A DNA stretch of 64,000 nt, from positions 65,079 through 129,078 of the forward strand of contig JAHIDZ010000015.1 of NCBI GenBank assembly GCA_018901755.1, read 5' to 3'. The notes beneath the pieces were generated by a model. It was not told where the DNA came from and searched no databases. It saw only the letters and a program-made list of their open reading frames with translations. Positions 40,608-49,135 of this stretch are shown here, one piece after another (the stretch's first letter is position 1; every line of letters begins with the position of its first letter). Origin of the DNA: Nanobdellota archaeon. GTDB taxonomy: Archaea; Aenigmatarchaeota; Aenigmatarchaeia; Aenigmatarchaeales; Aenigmatarchaeaceae. Made by a program: the position numbers and the translations under genes.

Positions 40608-42068
40608 ATGGTAAAGGAGCTAAAGTACCCTAAAGAGATAGAGGAAATACGAAAACTCGGTTTTAATCCTTATGCTCATAAATTTGATAAAGATACAAAC
40701 ATTTCTCAACTTATAGAAAAATATAGTGGATTTAAGGCAAATGATAAAGATGAGAAAATTAAATATAAGGTTGCTGGAAGAATACGTTCAGTAAGAGGAC
40801 ATGGTAAATTATTTTTCATGGATTTAGAAGATTTTTCCGGAAGAATACAATTATACATAGATGCTTCTAATATTTCTGATAAAGAGTTGAAATTAGTAAA
40901 TTTATTACATGCAGGAGATATCGTTGGTGTAGAAGGCGGAGTGTTAAAAACAGCACGAGGCGAGTTAAGTCTTTTAGTTAAGAAAATAACAATTTTAACA
41001 AGATCTTTACAAGTATTACCGAAAGAATGGTTCGGACTTAAAGATGAAGAACTGAAGTATAGGAAAAGATATTTAGACATGCTGATGAATAAAGAGACAA
41101 GAGATATCTTTGTAAAGAAAGGAATATTTTGGGATTCGTTTAGAGAATTTTTGAAATCTAAAGGATTCATAGAAGTAGAGACACCGGTGTTTGAAAATAA
41201 AACAGGCGGTGCTGATGCCCGTCCTTTTGTAACGCATCATAATGCTTTAGATATTGATGTTTATCTTAGAATATGCGCCGGAGAATTATGGCAAAAAAGA
41301 TTAATGGTTGCCGGTTTCGAGAAAACATTTGAAATAGGACGTGTCTTTAGAAATGAAGGAATTGATTTAGAACATGCTCAAGATTATACTCTTTTAGAAT
41401 TTTATTGGAGCTATGCTGATTACGAGATGGCTATGAAACTTGTAGAAGAAATGTATAAATATGTGATTAAGAAAACATTCGGTACATTGAAATTTGAAAT
41501 TGGTGAACATAATGTTGATTTTTCAAAGAAATGGGAAAGATATGATTATACTGAACAAGTAAAGAAACACACTGGTATAGATATTAATAAAGCTACTTTG
41601 AAAGATATTGAAAAGAAACTAAAAGAATTGAAAATAAATTATGATAAGAAAGGATTCAACATGACACGTGCTATTGATAATCTCTGGAAATATTGTAGAA
41701 AAAAATTATCAGGACCAGGTTTCTTAATTAATGAACCATTAGCAGTATCACCTTTAGCTAAGAAAAGAGACAATAATCCAAATGTTGTAGAAAGGTTCCA
41801 TCCTATAATTGCTGGAACTGAAATGGGTAATGGTTATTCTGAATTAAATGATCCTATAGATCAGGCAGCTAGGTTTGAAGAACAGAACGAAATGAGAGAA
41901 GCTGGCGATGAAGAAGCACAAATGTATGATAAGGAGTTTGTAGAAGCTTTAGAATATGGTATGCCACCAACAGCTGGTTTTGGTGTATCTGAAAGATTGT
42001 TTAGTTTATTGTTGAATAAATCAATTAGAGAATGTCAGGCGTTCCCATTACTAAGACCAGAACAATAA
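40608..42068 (+). CDS. lysS: lysyl-tRNA synthetase, class II
   Basis: N-terminal OB anticodon-binding fold (KVAGRIRSVRGHGKLFFMDLED). Class II motif 1 (FIEVETP), motif 2 (FRNEGID..H..DYTLLEFY) and motif 3 (GMPPTAGFGVSERL). Confidence 0.9.
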   Translation: MVKELKYPKEIEEIRKLGFNPYAHKFDKDTNISQLIEKYSGFKANDKDEKIKYKVAGRIRSVRGHGKLFFMDLEDFSGRIQLYIDASNISDKELKLVNLLHAGDIVGVEGGVLKTARGELSLLVKKITILTRSLQVLPKEWFGLKDEELKYRKRYLDMLMNKETRDIFVKKGIFWDSFREFLKSKGFIEVETPVFENKTGGADARPFVTHHNALDIDVYLRICAGELWQKRLMVAGFEKTFEIGRVFRNEGIDLEHAQDYTLLEFYWSYADYEMAMKLVEEMYKYVIKKTFGTLKFEIGEHNVDFSKKWERYDYTEQVKKHTGIDINKATLKDIEKKLKELKINYDKKGFNMTRAIDNLWKYCRKKLSGPGFLINEPLAVSPLAKKRDNNPNVVERFHPIIAGTEMGNGYSELNDPIDQAARFEEQNEMREAGDEEAQMYDKEFVEALEYGMPPTAGFGVSERLFSLLLNKSIRECQAFPLLRPEQ

Positions 42069-42798
42069 TTATTTACCAAACTTCTTTTTCTGGGCAAAAT
42101 ACCATTTCATTATTTTATCAAATTCTTTTTTAGAGAAATCTGGCCATAATGTGTTGGAAAAGTATATTTCAGCATAAGCTGATTGAAACAATAAAAAGTT
42201 TGATAATCGATGATAGCCGCCTGTTCTTATTACGAGGTCTACCGGTTTTTTAACAAGCAAGAATTTATTAAAGGCATCTCCAGCGATTGGTATTTTTTTT
42301 ATTCCTCTTTTCAATAGGTTATTCATAGAAGCGATTATTTCAAATTGACCACCATATGCAAGAAGAATATTTAATACACTTTTTGTATAATTTTTAGTAT
42401 TAATCATAACTTCTTTTGCAGTTTTTTTAACATCTGAACGCCATAAATTATGATTACCAAGAACATTAACTTTTATTTGATCCTTTTTAAATTCTTTGTT
42501 TTTTGTTAATTTTCTAAGATTGTCCATGTAGACTTTCCATAGATAATTTAATTCCTGCTTATCTCTTCCTAGATTTTCGGTTGATAGAGCATATACGCTA
42601 ATCATTTTTATTTCAGGATATTTTTTAGACCATTTCAAGAAATTTTCTAAAGTTTTTGCTCCAGCCTGATGGCCTTGTAAAGTCGCTTTATTTTCTTTCT
42701 GCGCCCATCTGCGATTTCCATCGGGTTTATTGTTTGCTCAACAGAAGCTAAGCAAATATCAATGCCACATGGATACCGCTTGATCCATCTTTGTTCAT
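42069..42798 (-). pseudogene. uppS: undecaprenyl/di-trans,poly-cis-prenyl diphosphate synthase (cis-prenyltransferase) disrupted near the 5' end by a roughly 28-31 nt frameshifting insertion
   Basis: The main ORF (TTG start at 42638) carries DLVIRTGGYHRLSNFLLFQSAYAEIYF and YALSTEN. In-frame upstream lies PDGNRRWAQKENKATLQGHQAGAK, the catalytic DGNRRWA motif, preceded immediately by TGA. An N-terminal fragment MNKDGSSGIHVALIFA (42798..42751) sits in another frame and ends at TAG. Confidence 0.55.
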
Positions 42799-42806
42799 AA
42801 CATATA

Positions 42807-43616
42807 TCACCATCTAAATTTTGAAGGTTGCAGTCTGCATATCATTCTTTGTGTATTTACCTTTTTATAATAACATTCATATTCTATATCTTTAAGCGTA
42901 TTATTGTAGAAATCTGTCAGTGATTTATTATGCAAAAGTATCGAAAACTCATTTCTTTTATGATATATGCATAATTTATGTGAATAATTATTTTTTAATA
43001 GTTGAACAATTTGTTTGGCGAGTATTTCGTTTTTTAAAGAAGATGCCACTAAAATATTATCTTTCAATTTAATTTTACCATTGCTTCCTTCATCAATAAA
43101 ACATGCTCTTAAGATGGAGTTTTTCCAGCTTGGATTTTTTAGAGCAAGTGCAATTATTTTTTTAGGAAGTTTCCTTCTTTCAAACCCATAATGATTTATT
43201 AGTAAATTTGATGCTACAGAAGATAGCCCGTATGATTTTACACCGTTTTGATTGCTATGGTATAGAGCGGTGCCCATTCCAATTTTTTTAACTAAATCAG
43301 AAAACATTTCTTGTTCCATGTTGTTGCGCGTTTCATAATAAAAGGAGTTTCCCCTTCCTACGGTGCCATCAAATAAAGTATGTGCTATTATTTCGGCGTG
43401 TTCTGGCATTTCTTTATACGGAAATTTATTAAGTATAAAATTTATTTTCGGGTAGTTAAATATGATTATGTGCGATTCTATAGATTTTTTTGATATTTTA
43501 AGAACGTCAATCCATTTAAGGAATATGTTAATCGTTGGGTGTCTATGACCATTTTCATAGTGAGATATGCGTCCTTTTTTAATTTGTATTAATTTTGCTA
43601 TGGCTTTCTGTGTCAA
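42807..43616 (-). CDS. HTH (XRE-like) fused to a LAGLIDADG homing endonuclease-like domain
   Basis: N-terminal QKAIAKLIQIKKGRISHYENG HTH. LAGLIDADG motifs IIAHTLFDGTVG and LRACFIDEGSNG. Confidence 0.75.
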   Translation of the reverse strand: MTQKAIAKLIQIKKGRISHYENGHRHPTINIFLKWIDVLKISKKSIESHIIIFNYPKINFILNKFPYKEMPEHAEIIAHTLFDGTVGRGNSFYYETRNNMEQEMFSDLVKKIGMGTALYHSNQNGVKSYGLSSVASNLLINHYGFERRKLPKKIIALALKNPSWKNSILRACFIDEGSNGKIKLKDNILVASSLKNEILAKQIVQLLKNNYSHKLCIYHKRNEFSILLHNKSLTDFYNNTLKDIEYECYYKKVNTQRMICRLQPSKFRW

Positions 43617-43740
43617 TTTCAGTTCATTTTTTTTAGAAACCAGAAGTTTTTTAAAATATGGCGTTATTATAACCCTGCTTCGTTGAGAGGCTTCCCACCA
43701 ATGAATTAAATTATTGTTGGTTGGTATTAAATCACCATTA

Positions 43741-43860
43741 TGGTGCGGGAGGCAGGATTTGAACCTGCGAATGAACTAATCAACTGGGTCCTAAGCTTCG
43801 CTCAAGAATAAACGTATTTAATCTTGTCCAGCGCCTTAGACCTAGCTTGGCAACTCCCGC
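43741..43860 (-). tRNA. tRNA-Leu (anticodon UAG) with a 31-nt intron at the anticodon-stem position 30/31 (or 31/32); CCA encoded
   Basis: Minus-strand read GCGGGAG-UU-GCC...GGC-G-CUGG[ACAAGAUUAAAUACGUUUAUUCUUGAGCGAA]G-CUUAGGA-CCCAG-UUGAUUAGUUCAUUC(variable arm)-GCAGG-UUCAAAU-CCUGC-CUCCCGC-A-CCA. Removing the intron gives a perfect CUGGG/CCCAG anticodon stem with G37. The D-arm and long variable arm match archaeal tRNA-Leu. Confidence 0.7.
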
Positions 43861-43904
43861 ATGTAAGATATTATTAAACATATTAGTTTATATAAATTTA
43901 AGAA

Positions 43905-44360
43905 TTAGATGTTTTCTGTCCTATCGCCAATTTCTTTCAATTCACTTTCCATTTGGTTGATATTTCCATCAATTGGTCTACTATTGTCTTTTATGAAAGG
44001 TTCGAACGATTGTGGTCTTACTAGTTCCTGATCTAATTGGTTAAGAAGACCTGAGAATTCGTCAAGATTTTTCTTTTCATTAGCTTCTATTTGTGATGCT
44101 ATTTTTTCGACTTCTCCTTCTAGTCTAGCTAAAGCACTAAGATTACTTAGGATTGTTTTTAATTTTTGAACTCTTTGAAGAACTTCTTTATATTTATCTA
44201 TTTTGATGTATAGTGGAGCGAAGTTTTTAGGTTCTTGCATTGAAGGCATTTCTATTTTTCTAATTTCTGGTATTTCTGTAGGTCTAGTAAATACAGGTTG
44301 GCTTGGTTCCACTGCATCTTTTATTTCTTGCACATCGTCTTTCTTTTTATTCCAAAACAT
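43905..44360 (-). CDS. hypothetical coiled-coil protein
   Basis: ORF only. Confidence 0.45.
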   Translation of the reverse strand: MFWNKKKDDVQEIKDAVEPSQPVFTRPTEIPEIRKIEMPSMQEPKNFAPLYIKIDKYKEVLQRVQKLKTILSNLSALARLEGEVEKIASQIEANEKKNLDEFSGLLNQLDQELVRPQSFEPFIKDNSRPIDGNINQMESELKEIGDRTENI

Positions 44361-44480
44361 TCAATCATCCTTTTAATTTATTCAAACTCAGAGTATTTAA
44401 TGATTATGGTGCACTGTGCGAGATTCACCACCAAGGGTGAAAACGTGCTTTAAACTGAAGCAACAACATTTCATTAATTT

Positions 44481-45224
44481 ATGAATAACATTGATAAAAA
44501 TAAGGTATTACGTCTGTATAAAGATGGGTATACATTAGCACAGATTTCTATAAACACTGGACTAAGTAAAACTACAATTTATTATCATACGCGGAAGCAA
44601 TTTGGGAGAAAATATAAGCTCATAACGATTTCAGATAACAGAGAGAAAATTGGTGAATTCATTGGTGTTTTTACAGGAGACGGGTATTTCATTAAGGATA
44701 AGATAGGACATTACAAAACAATGATAACTGTTTCGATTAAAGCATCTGAATACATAAAGCACTTAGATACGATTTTTACAGAACTGTTTTCTAAATCCCC
44801 ACTTATTATCAAAAGACTTAAATATAATACAGTCGAACTTCGATACGATTCTAAAGAAATATACGAATTGATAAAAAACTATTTGTTTTGGGATGGAAAG
44901 AAACATAACTCAGTTAGACTGCTGGTAATTGAGCACGATAAGGAATTTCTTACAGGATTCTTAAGAGGTTGCCTAGATACAGATGGTCATGTTCATAAGA
45001 ATTATAAAAGAATATGCTTTTCTACCACATCTCTATTTTTGGCGAACCAGCTTTCTTCTATTTTAACTAATCTTGGTTTTGAGAACAAAATTCTAATAGC
45101 AAGAGATAAGAGATTGAATAGAAAATTGTTATATAATGTAAGATTGTTGGGAGAAGAAGCTATTAGATTGATTAAAACAATTAAACCAGGAAATCCTTCA
45201 AAGAGAAGAGATTGGTGCGAGTGA
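44481..45224 (+). CDS. HTH fused to a LAGLIDADG homing endonuclease-like domain
   Basis: N-terminal HTH (YKDGYTLAQISINTGLSKTTIYYHTRKQ). LAGLIDADG motifs IGVFTGDGYF and LRGCLDTDGHV. The last 9 nt overlap the acceptor stem of tRNA-Gly on the opposite strand. Confidence 0.8.
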   Translation: MNNIDKNKVLRLYKDGYTLAQISINTGLSKTTIYYHTRKQFGRKYKLITISDNREKIGEFIGVFTGDGYFIKDKIGHYKTMITVSIKASEYIKHLDTIFTELFSKSPLIIKRLKYNTVELRYDSKEIYELIKNYLFWDGKKHNSVRLLVIEHDKEFLTGFLRGCLDTDGHVHKNYKRICFSTTSLFLANQLSSILTNLGFENKILIARDKRLNRKLLYNVRLLGEEAIRLIKTIKPGNPSKRRDWCE

Positions 45225-45303
45225 GGGGATTTGAACCCCTGTTGTAAACTTTTTGCGAAATTCTTGGCAAGCTTACGTACTGGCCAGACTATACGACACT
45301 CGC
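45213..45303 (-). tRNA. tRNA with a 14-nt intron at the canonical 37/38 position, most likely tRNA-Gly (anticodon GCC); CCA encoded
   Basis: Minus-strand read GCGAGUG-UC-GUAU-AGUCUGGCCA-GUAC-G-UAAGC-UUGCCA[AGAAUUUCGCAAAA]A-GUUUA-CAAC-AGGGG-UUCAAAU-CCCCU-CACUCGC-A-CCA. UUGC of the loop can pair with GCAA in the intron, giving a BHB-like helix flanked by 3-nt bulges. Confidence 0.62.
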
Positions 45304-45337
45304 GTTAATAAGAATTCTGCGTATGATTATTTAAATA

Positions 45338-45616
45338 TTAAATTGGTATGCCGAAAGCATCTGTAATTTCTTGTATTTTTCTAAATTCGACTATAAACTG
45401 AACGCCTTTTTTGGTTATCTTAAAATGTGTGTGTCCGCGCTCAGAAACCATTTCTAAAAAGCCATTTTCTATAAGCGCATCTAAGTATAATTTTAATCTT
45501 TTATGAGAAAGATTTGCGCCATAAAGAATATGTGTTGATTTTGCCGTTCCTCCTTTTCGATGAACAAGCCTTAGAATATCTACAAGTATCTGAGTCTTTG
45601 AACGCCTTTCTTTCAT
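45338..45616 (-). CDS. small winged-helix DNA-binding protein (putative transcriptional regulator)
   Basis: KTQILVDILRLVHRKGGTAKSTHILYGANLSHKRLKLYLDALIENGFLE has a wHTH pattern. The start overlaps the stop of the upstream membrane-protein gene (ATGA). Confidence 0.5.
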   Translation of the reverse strand: MKERRSKTQILVDILRLVHRKGGTAKSTHILYGANLSHKRLKLYLDALIENGFLEMVSERGHTHFKITKKGVQFIVEFRKIQEITDAFGIPI

Positions 45617-46251
45617 TAGAATCTACCTTTTTTTCGACTGACTCTAAAGATCATCCAAAACATACCAATAAATCCAGCCAGTAGACACAGGTGAGCTATT
45701 ACAAACATCCATTCACTAAATGATGTGAAGAACATGAATGTGTGATAAAAACCGATTGATAAGAATGATAACATAATTAACATTGAATTCTTGGTTCTCG
45801 TGACAAACCAATTTGCAGTTGCTCTGAATATGACGTATGATATTAAGAATAGTGACAATACGTGGAAGTACGGGAATCCCTTATACCAATAAGGAAGAAA
45901 TAGCGCAAATTTCAAATCTTTTGGAAGATAGATTAAACACAATAATGAATATGACATAATTGAACAAATGTAATACATCCATATACCAAGATCTCTGAAT
46001 GATGCGAAGTTTTCAAACATGTTTGCTGTTCCTTGCATAATACTTAGGTATGTGTATAATTCTGTTACACCGAGAACTAAGAATCCCATGCTCAGTGATG
46101 CGAAACTTAGATACATATAATAATGATTTTTTTGCTTCGAAAACGTGAAACTTCGATAGAAGTAAAAACTAACTAGAAAACCAATCATGCTTGCTAAAAT
46201 ATAGATAAATGGTTGTATGCTGAAAAACCACTCTGGTATCAGTATTAACAT
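45616..46251 (-). CDS. integral membrane protein, unknown function
   Basis: Six predicted hydrophobic helices. Coupled to the downstream wHTH gene. Confidence 0.5.
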   Translation of the reverse strand: MLILIPEWFFSIQPFIYILASMIGFLVSFYFYRSFTFSKQKNHYYMYLSFASLSMGFLVLGVTELYTYLSIMQGTANMFENFASFRDLGIWMYYICSIMSYSLLCLIYLPKDLKFALFLPYWYKGFPYFHVLSLFLISYVIFRATANWFVTRTKNSMLIMLSFLSIGFYHTFMFFTSFSEWMFVIAHLCLLAGFIGMFWMIFRVSRKKGRF

Positions 46252-46476
46252 ATTTCTATTACATTTTTGGTATTAATAAATTTACCTATGAACCATTCGT
46301 CTAGATTATACTTTCACAAATGGTTTATATACTAATTTCTAATTCTAATTAGATTCCTCCGTGGAAAAGGTGTAAATAATTGGTGTAAAAAATGAAAACA
46401 AAACTATGTCCGTGTTGCGGGCGAATTGGCGCATATAACATAAGAGTACTTACAGATACTGTTAAGGGCGCTAAGA

Positions 46477-46767
46477 GTGGTGATTAAAATGGTTTCAGCT
46501 ACTATAAGTGAAATGTGTATGCATACTGAATCTTGGGGTGATCCGATAGAAGAAGCTAGGTCTTCTTGTTCAAATTTACAATCAGAAACAATGTGTAAAT
46601 ATCCTGGTGTTTGTAAAGACCAATACAGATTTGGAAGACCTATTAATTTAAATGGTGTAGCCTATTTGGCTTATTGTAAAAAAGCAGTTGGAGAAAGTAA
46701 AAAGAAACCCATTCAGAAAAATACACATAATGACTTTTTTGTTAGAAAAAAACCATATATCTGCTAA
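46477..46767 (+). CDS. hypothetical Cys-containing protein
   Basis: ORF only. Confidence 0.3.
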   Translation: MVIKMVSATISEMCMHTESWGDPIEEARSSCSNLQSETMCKYPGVCKDQYRFGRPINLNGVAYLAYCKKAVGESKKKPIQKNTHNDFFVRKKPYIC

Positions 46768-46772
46768 AATGA

Positions 46773-48065
46773 TTATTCTTTCATTGGCCAACCAATTAGT
46801 GTAGTAGGTGTTGCATCATCTATTCTTACTTTAACTATTTTTCCAAGAAGTTTTCCTGATTTATTTATAACAACAGGTTTATATGCAAAGTTTCTACCAA
46901 TCCACTGTCCTGGTTTTTTACCAGGTTCAGTTATTAGTATATCACCATTCCATTTTAACCATTCCATATTTTTTTTAAAAGAAATGTTATTTACCAGGCT
47001 TGTAAGCGTGGCTGTCCTTCTTTTCATTTCCTTGGTATCTAGCTGTTGCAATTTACTAGCAACTGTGTTATCTCTTTTAGCAAATCTTGAGATATTAACA
47101 TAATCTGGTTTTAGTCGTTTTATTAATTCTAATGTATTCCTAAATTGTTCTTCTGTTTCACCCGGATATCCAACTATAATATCAGTCCATATTGTGCAAC
47201 GAAATGCATCTCTGAAAGCAGCGATAATCTCTTCAAAATCTTCTATAGTATATCCACGATTCATGTTTTCAAGTATATCATTGTCTCCAGATTGTATTGG
47301 TATATGAACGAATTTGTATATTTTTTTATTATTGAAAGCTGATACTAGATCATTTAGTATTGGTTTTATGTTGTTTGGATTTATCATACCTACGCGCACG
47401 GAAAATTTTCCAGGTAGGTTGGATATTTTATCTAATAAATCTGGAAGATGTGATTCATCATATTTGTCTAATTCATATGCGCCAACGTCTTGAGCAGTTA
47501 ACCATATTTCTTTACATCCACTTCCTATAGAGTTTGATATCTCTTCAAGTATTTTATTTTTAGGATATGACAATAATTTTCCTTTCGCTAGTCTAGTTTC
47601 ACAATATGTACATTCACCAACACAACCAGAAGATATTGGTACTATTCCAATAATAGGATTTTTTCTTAAAATAGGTAAACATAATTTAATATCATTTGAC
47701 CCACCGAGCAATTCTATCTCTTTACCATCAATTATTTTTTTAATAGATTGTGGTATTTTTTTAATTTGATTAGTACTGATAAGACTTATGTGAGGATTGA
47801 CACCGTATAGTTTTTCTCTAATTGTTTCTGGTGCACAGCCTGCTATGATAATTTTCTTCCCAGGATAGTTTTTTGTAATTTCTTCTAATCTGAACAGTAG
47901 TTTTTGTTCTGTTACAGATTTTACTATACAAGAATTGATGATTATTATGTCAGAATTATCTATATTGATTACAATATCATATCCAGCTTTTTGAAGAAGG
48001 CCGGCAATTATCTCTGATTCATGTATATTTGTACTACAACCGTAAGTTTCTATGAAAATATTCAT
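46773..48065 (-). CDS. radical-SAM methylthiotransferase of the MiaB/MtaB/RimO family (probable tRNA t6A37 methylthiotransferase)
   Basis: N-terminal MTTase domain (IETYGCSTN). Radical-SAM CxxxCxxC (CVGECTYC). C-terminal TRAM domain. Confidence 0.85.
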   Translation of the reverse strand: MNIFIETYGCSTNIHESEIIAGLLQKAGYDIVINIDNSDIIIINSCIVKSVTEQKLLFRLEEITKNYPGKKIIIAGCAPETIREKLYGVNPHISLISTNQIKKIPQSIKKIIDGKEIELLGGSNDIKLCLPILRKNPIIGIVPISSGCVGECTYCETRLAKGKLLSYPKNKILEEISNSIGSGCKEIWLTAQDVGAYELDKYDESHLPDLLDKISNLPGKFSVRVGMINPNNIKPILNDLVSAFNNKKIYKFVHIPIQSGDNDILENMNRGYTIEDFEEIIAAFRDAFRCTIWTDIIVGYPGETEEQFRNTLELIKRLKPDYVNISRFAKRDNTVASKLQQLDTKEMKRRTATLTSLVNNISFKKNMEWLKWNGDILITEPGKKPGQWIGRNFAYKPVVINKSGKLLGKIVKVRIDDATPTTLIGWPMKE

Positions 48066-48142
48066 AATATTTATTTATATTCTGTCGTATATGAGTTTAA
48101 CTTAAATCCTTTTCGGACCAATTATTATTATGAGGTAGTACT

Positions 48143-48988
48143 ATGACTAACAAAAACTGCTCGGCATTCATACCACCAGGTGTGATAGAATTCGCTAGAA
48201 CCGTGTACAGTGCAGACTATGAAGGTTCTAATACTGCTAAAACTGTTATAGACAAATTCATGGATATAATAGATGATTCAGATGGTAATGATAGAGTATA
48301 TTTATTGGAGTATGTTTCAGCAGCTTGCGATGTTGCTTTGGGTCTAAAGGATACTCGTGATTATAAGAAAAATATGTATGAAAAGATAGATTTTGATAGA
48401 CGTGATGCTATTAATACAGCTATAGAAAGTAAGAATTCGGAAATTAAAGCAACAAATGAGAATAAATTTTCAGAAATCAAATCAGTGGATGAGAAAGAAA
48501 AAAGCCTATTGAAGAGATTCATACCAGCCGGATCTATTTATGTACCACTAAAATCAGCAACTTTAAATATAGGGTCAGGTCTTCCAGAATATTTACAATG
48601 GGTTCCAGAATTAGTTGGTTCTATTGTATTGGTTGGAGCAGATCTTAATGCAAGATATGTGGCTAGAAAAGATAGAAGGAAAATAAGAGATTTAACTATA
48701 GTTAAAAATAAAGAAATAAGAAAGAAATATAGTAAACAAATTAAAGACATAAGCCAGAATTATATAGATGCAGTAAGTGAGCTTGAAACACTTACAGATG
48801 AAAAGAATAGAGAAAGATTTGATAGAGCTGAAGAGAAAATGACAAATTGTTATGAAAGTTGTTATGGAATAGATCTTAGAGGTGTTTGGGACATGTTAAA
48901 TCAATATAGAACCAGCGCTGAAGAATTTAAAAGTGATAATGGTAAATTGACAAAAGAACATCTTAAGAGAGTAGATCCTATTGTTTAA
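48143..48988 (+). CDS. hypothetical protein
   Basis: ORF only. Confidence 0.45.
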   Translation: MTNKNCSAFIPPGVIEFARTVYSADYEGSNTAKTVIDKFMDIIDDSDGNDRVYLLEYVSAACDVALGLKDTRDYKKNMYEKIDFDRRDAINTAIESKNSEIKATNENKFSEIKSVDEKEKSLLKRFIPAGSIYVPLKSATLNIGSGLPEYLQWVPELVGSIVLVGADLNARYVARKDRRKIRDLTIVKNKEIRKKYSKQIKDISQNYIDAVSELETLTDEKNRERFDRAEEKMTNCYESCYGIDLRGVWDMLNQYRTSAEEFKSDNGKLTKEHLKRVDPIV

Positions 48989-49135
48989 TATATAATAAGT
49001 TCTCCGCTTTCTGTTTTATTATCCCATATGATTTTAGTTTTACCTATTTTTAGAGGTTCTTTGAATAATGGACAGTTTATTACGAGACTTTCGACTTCCC
49101 ACGTCAATAGACTTATATAGAATGGGGGCAATAAG

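Noticed and set aside
45213-45303. Reading the long tRNA at 45213..45303 as a class II (Leu/Ser) tRNA with a long variable arm
   Set aside because: No 5-bp partner for the UAAGC anticodon stem exists directly after a 7-nt loop. The only consistent fold needs removal of 14 nt after position 37 and leaves a 4-nt variable loop.
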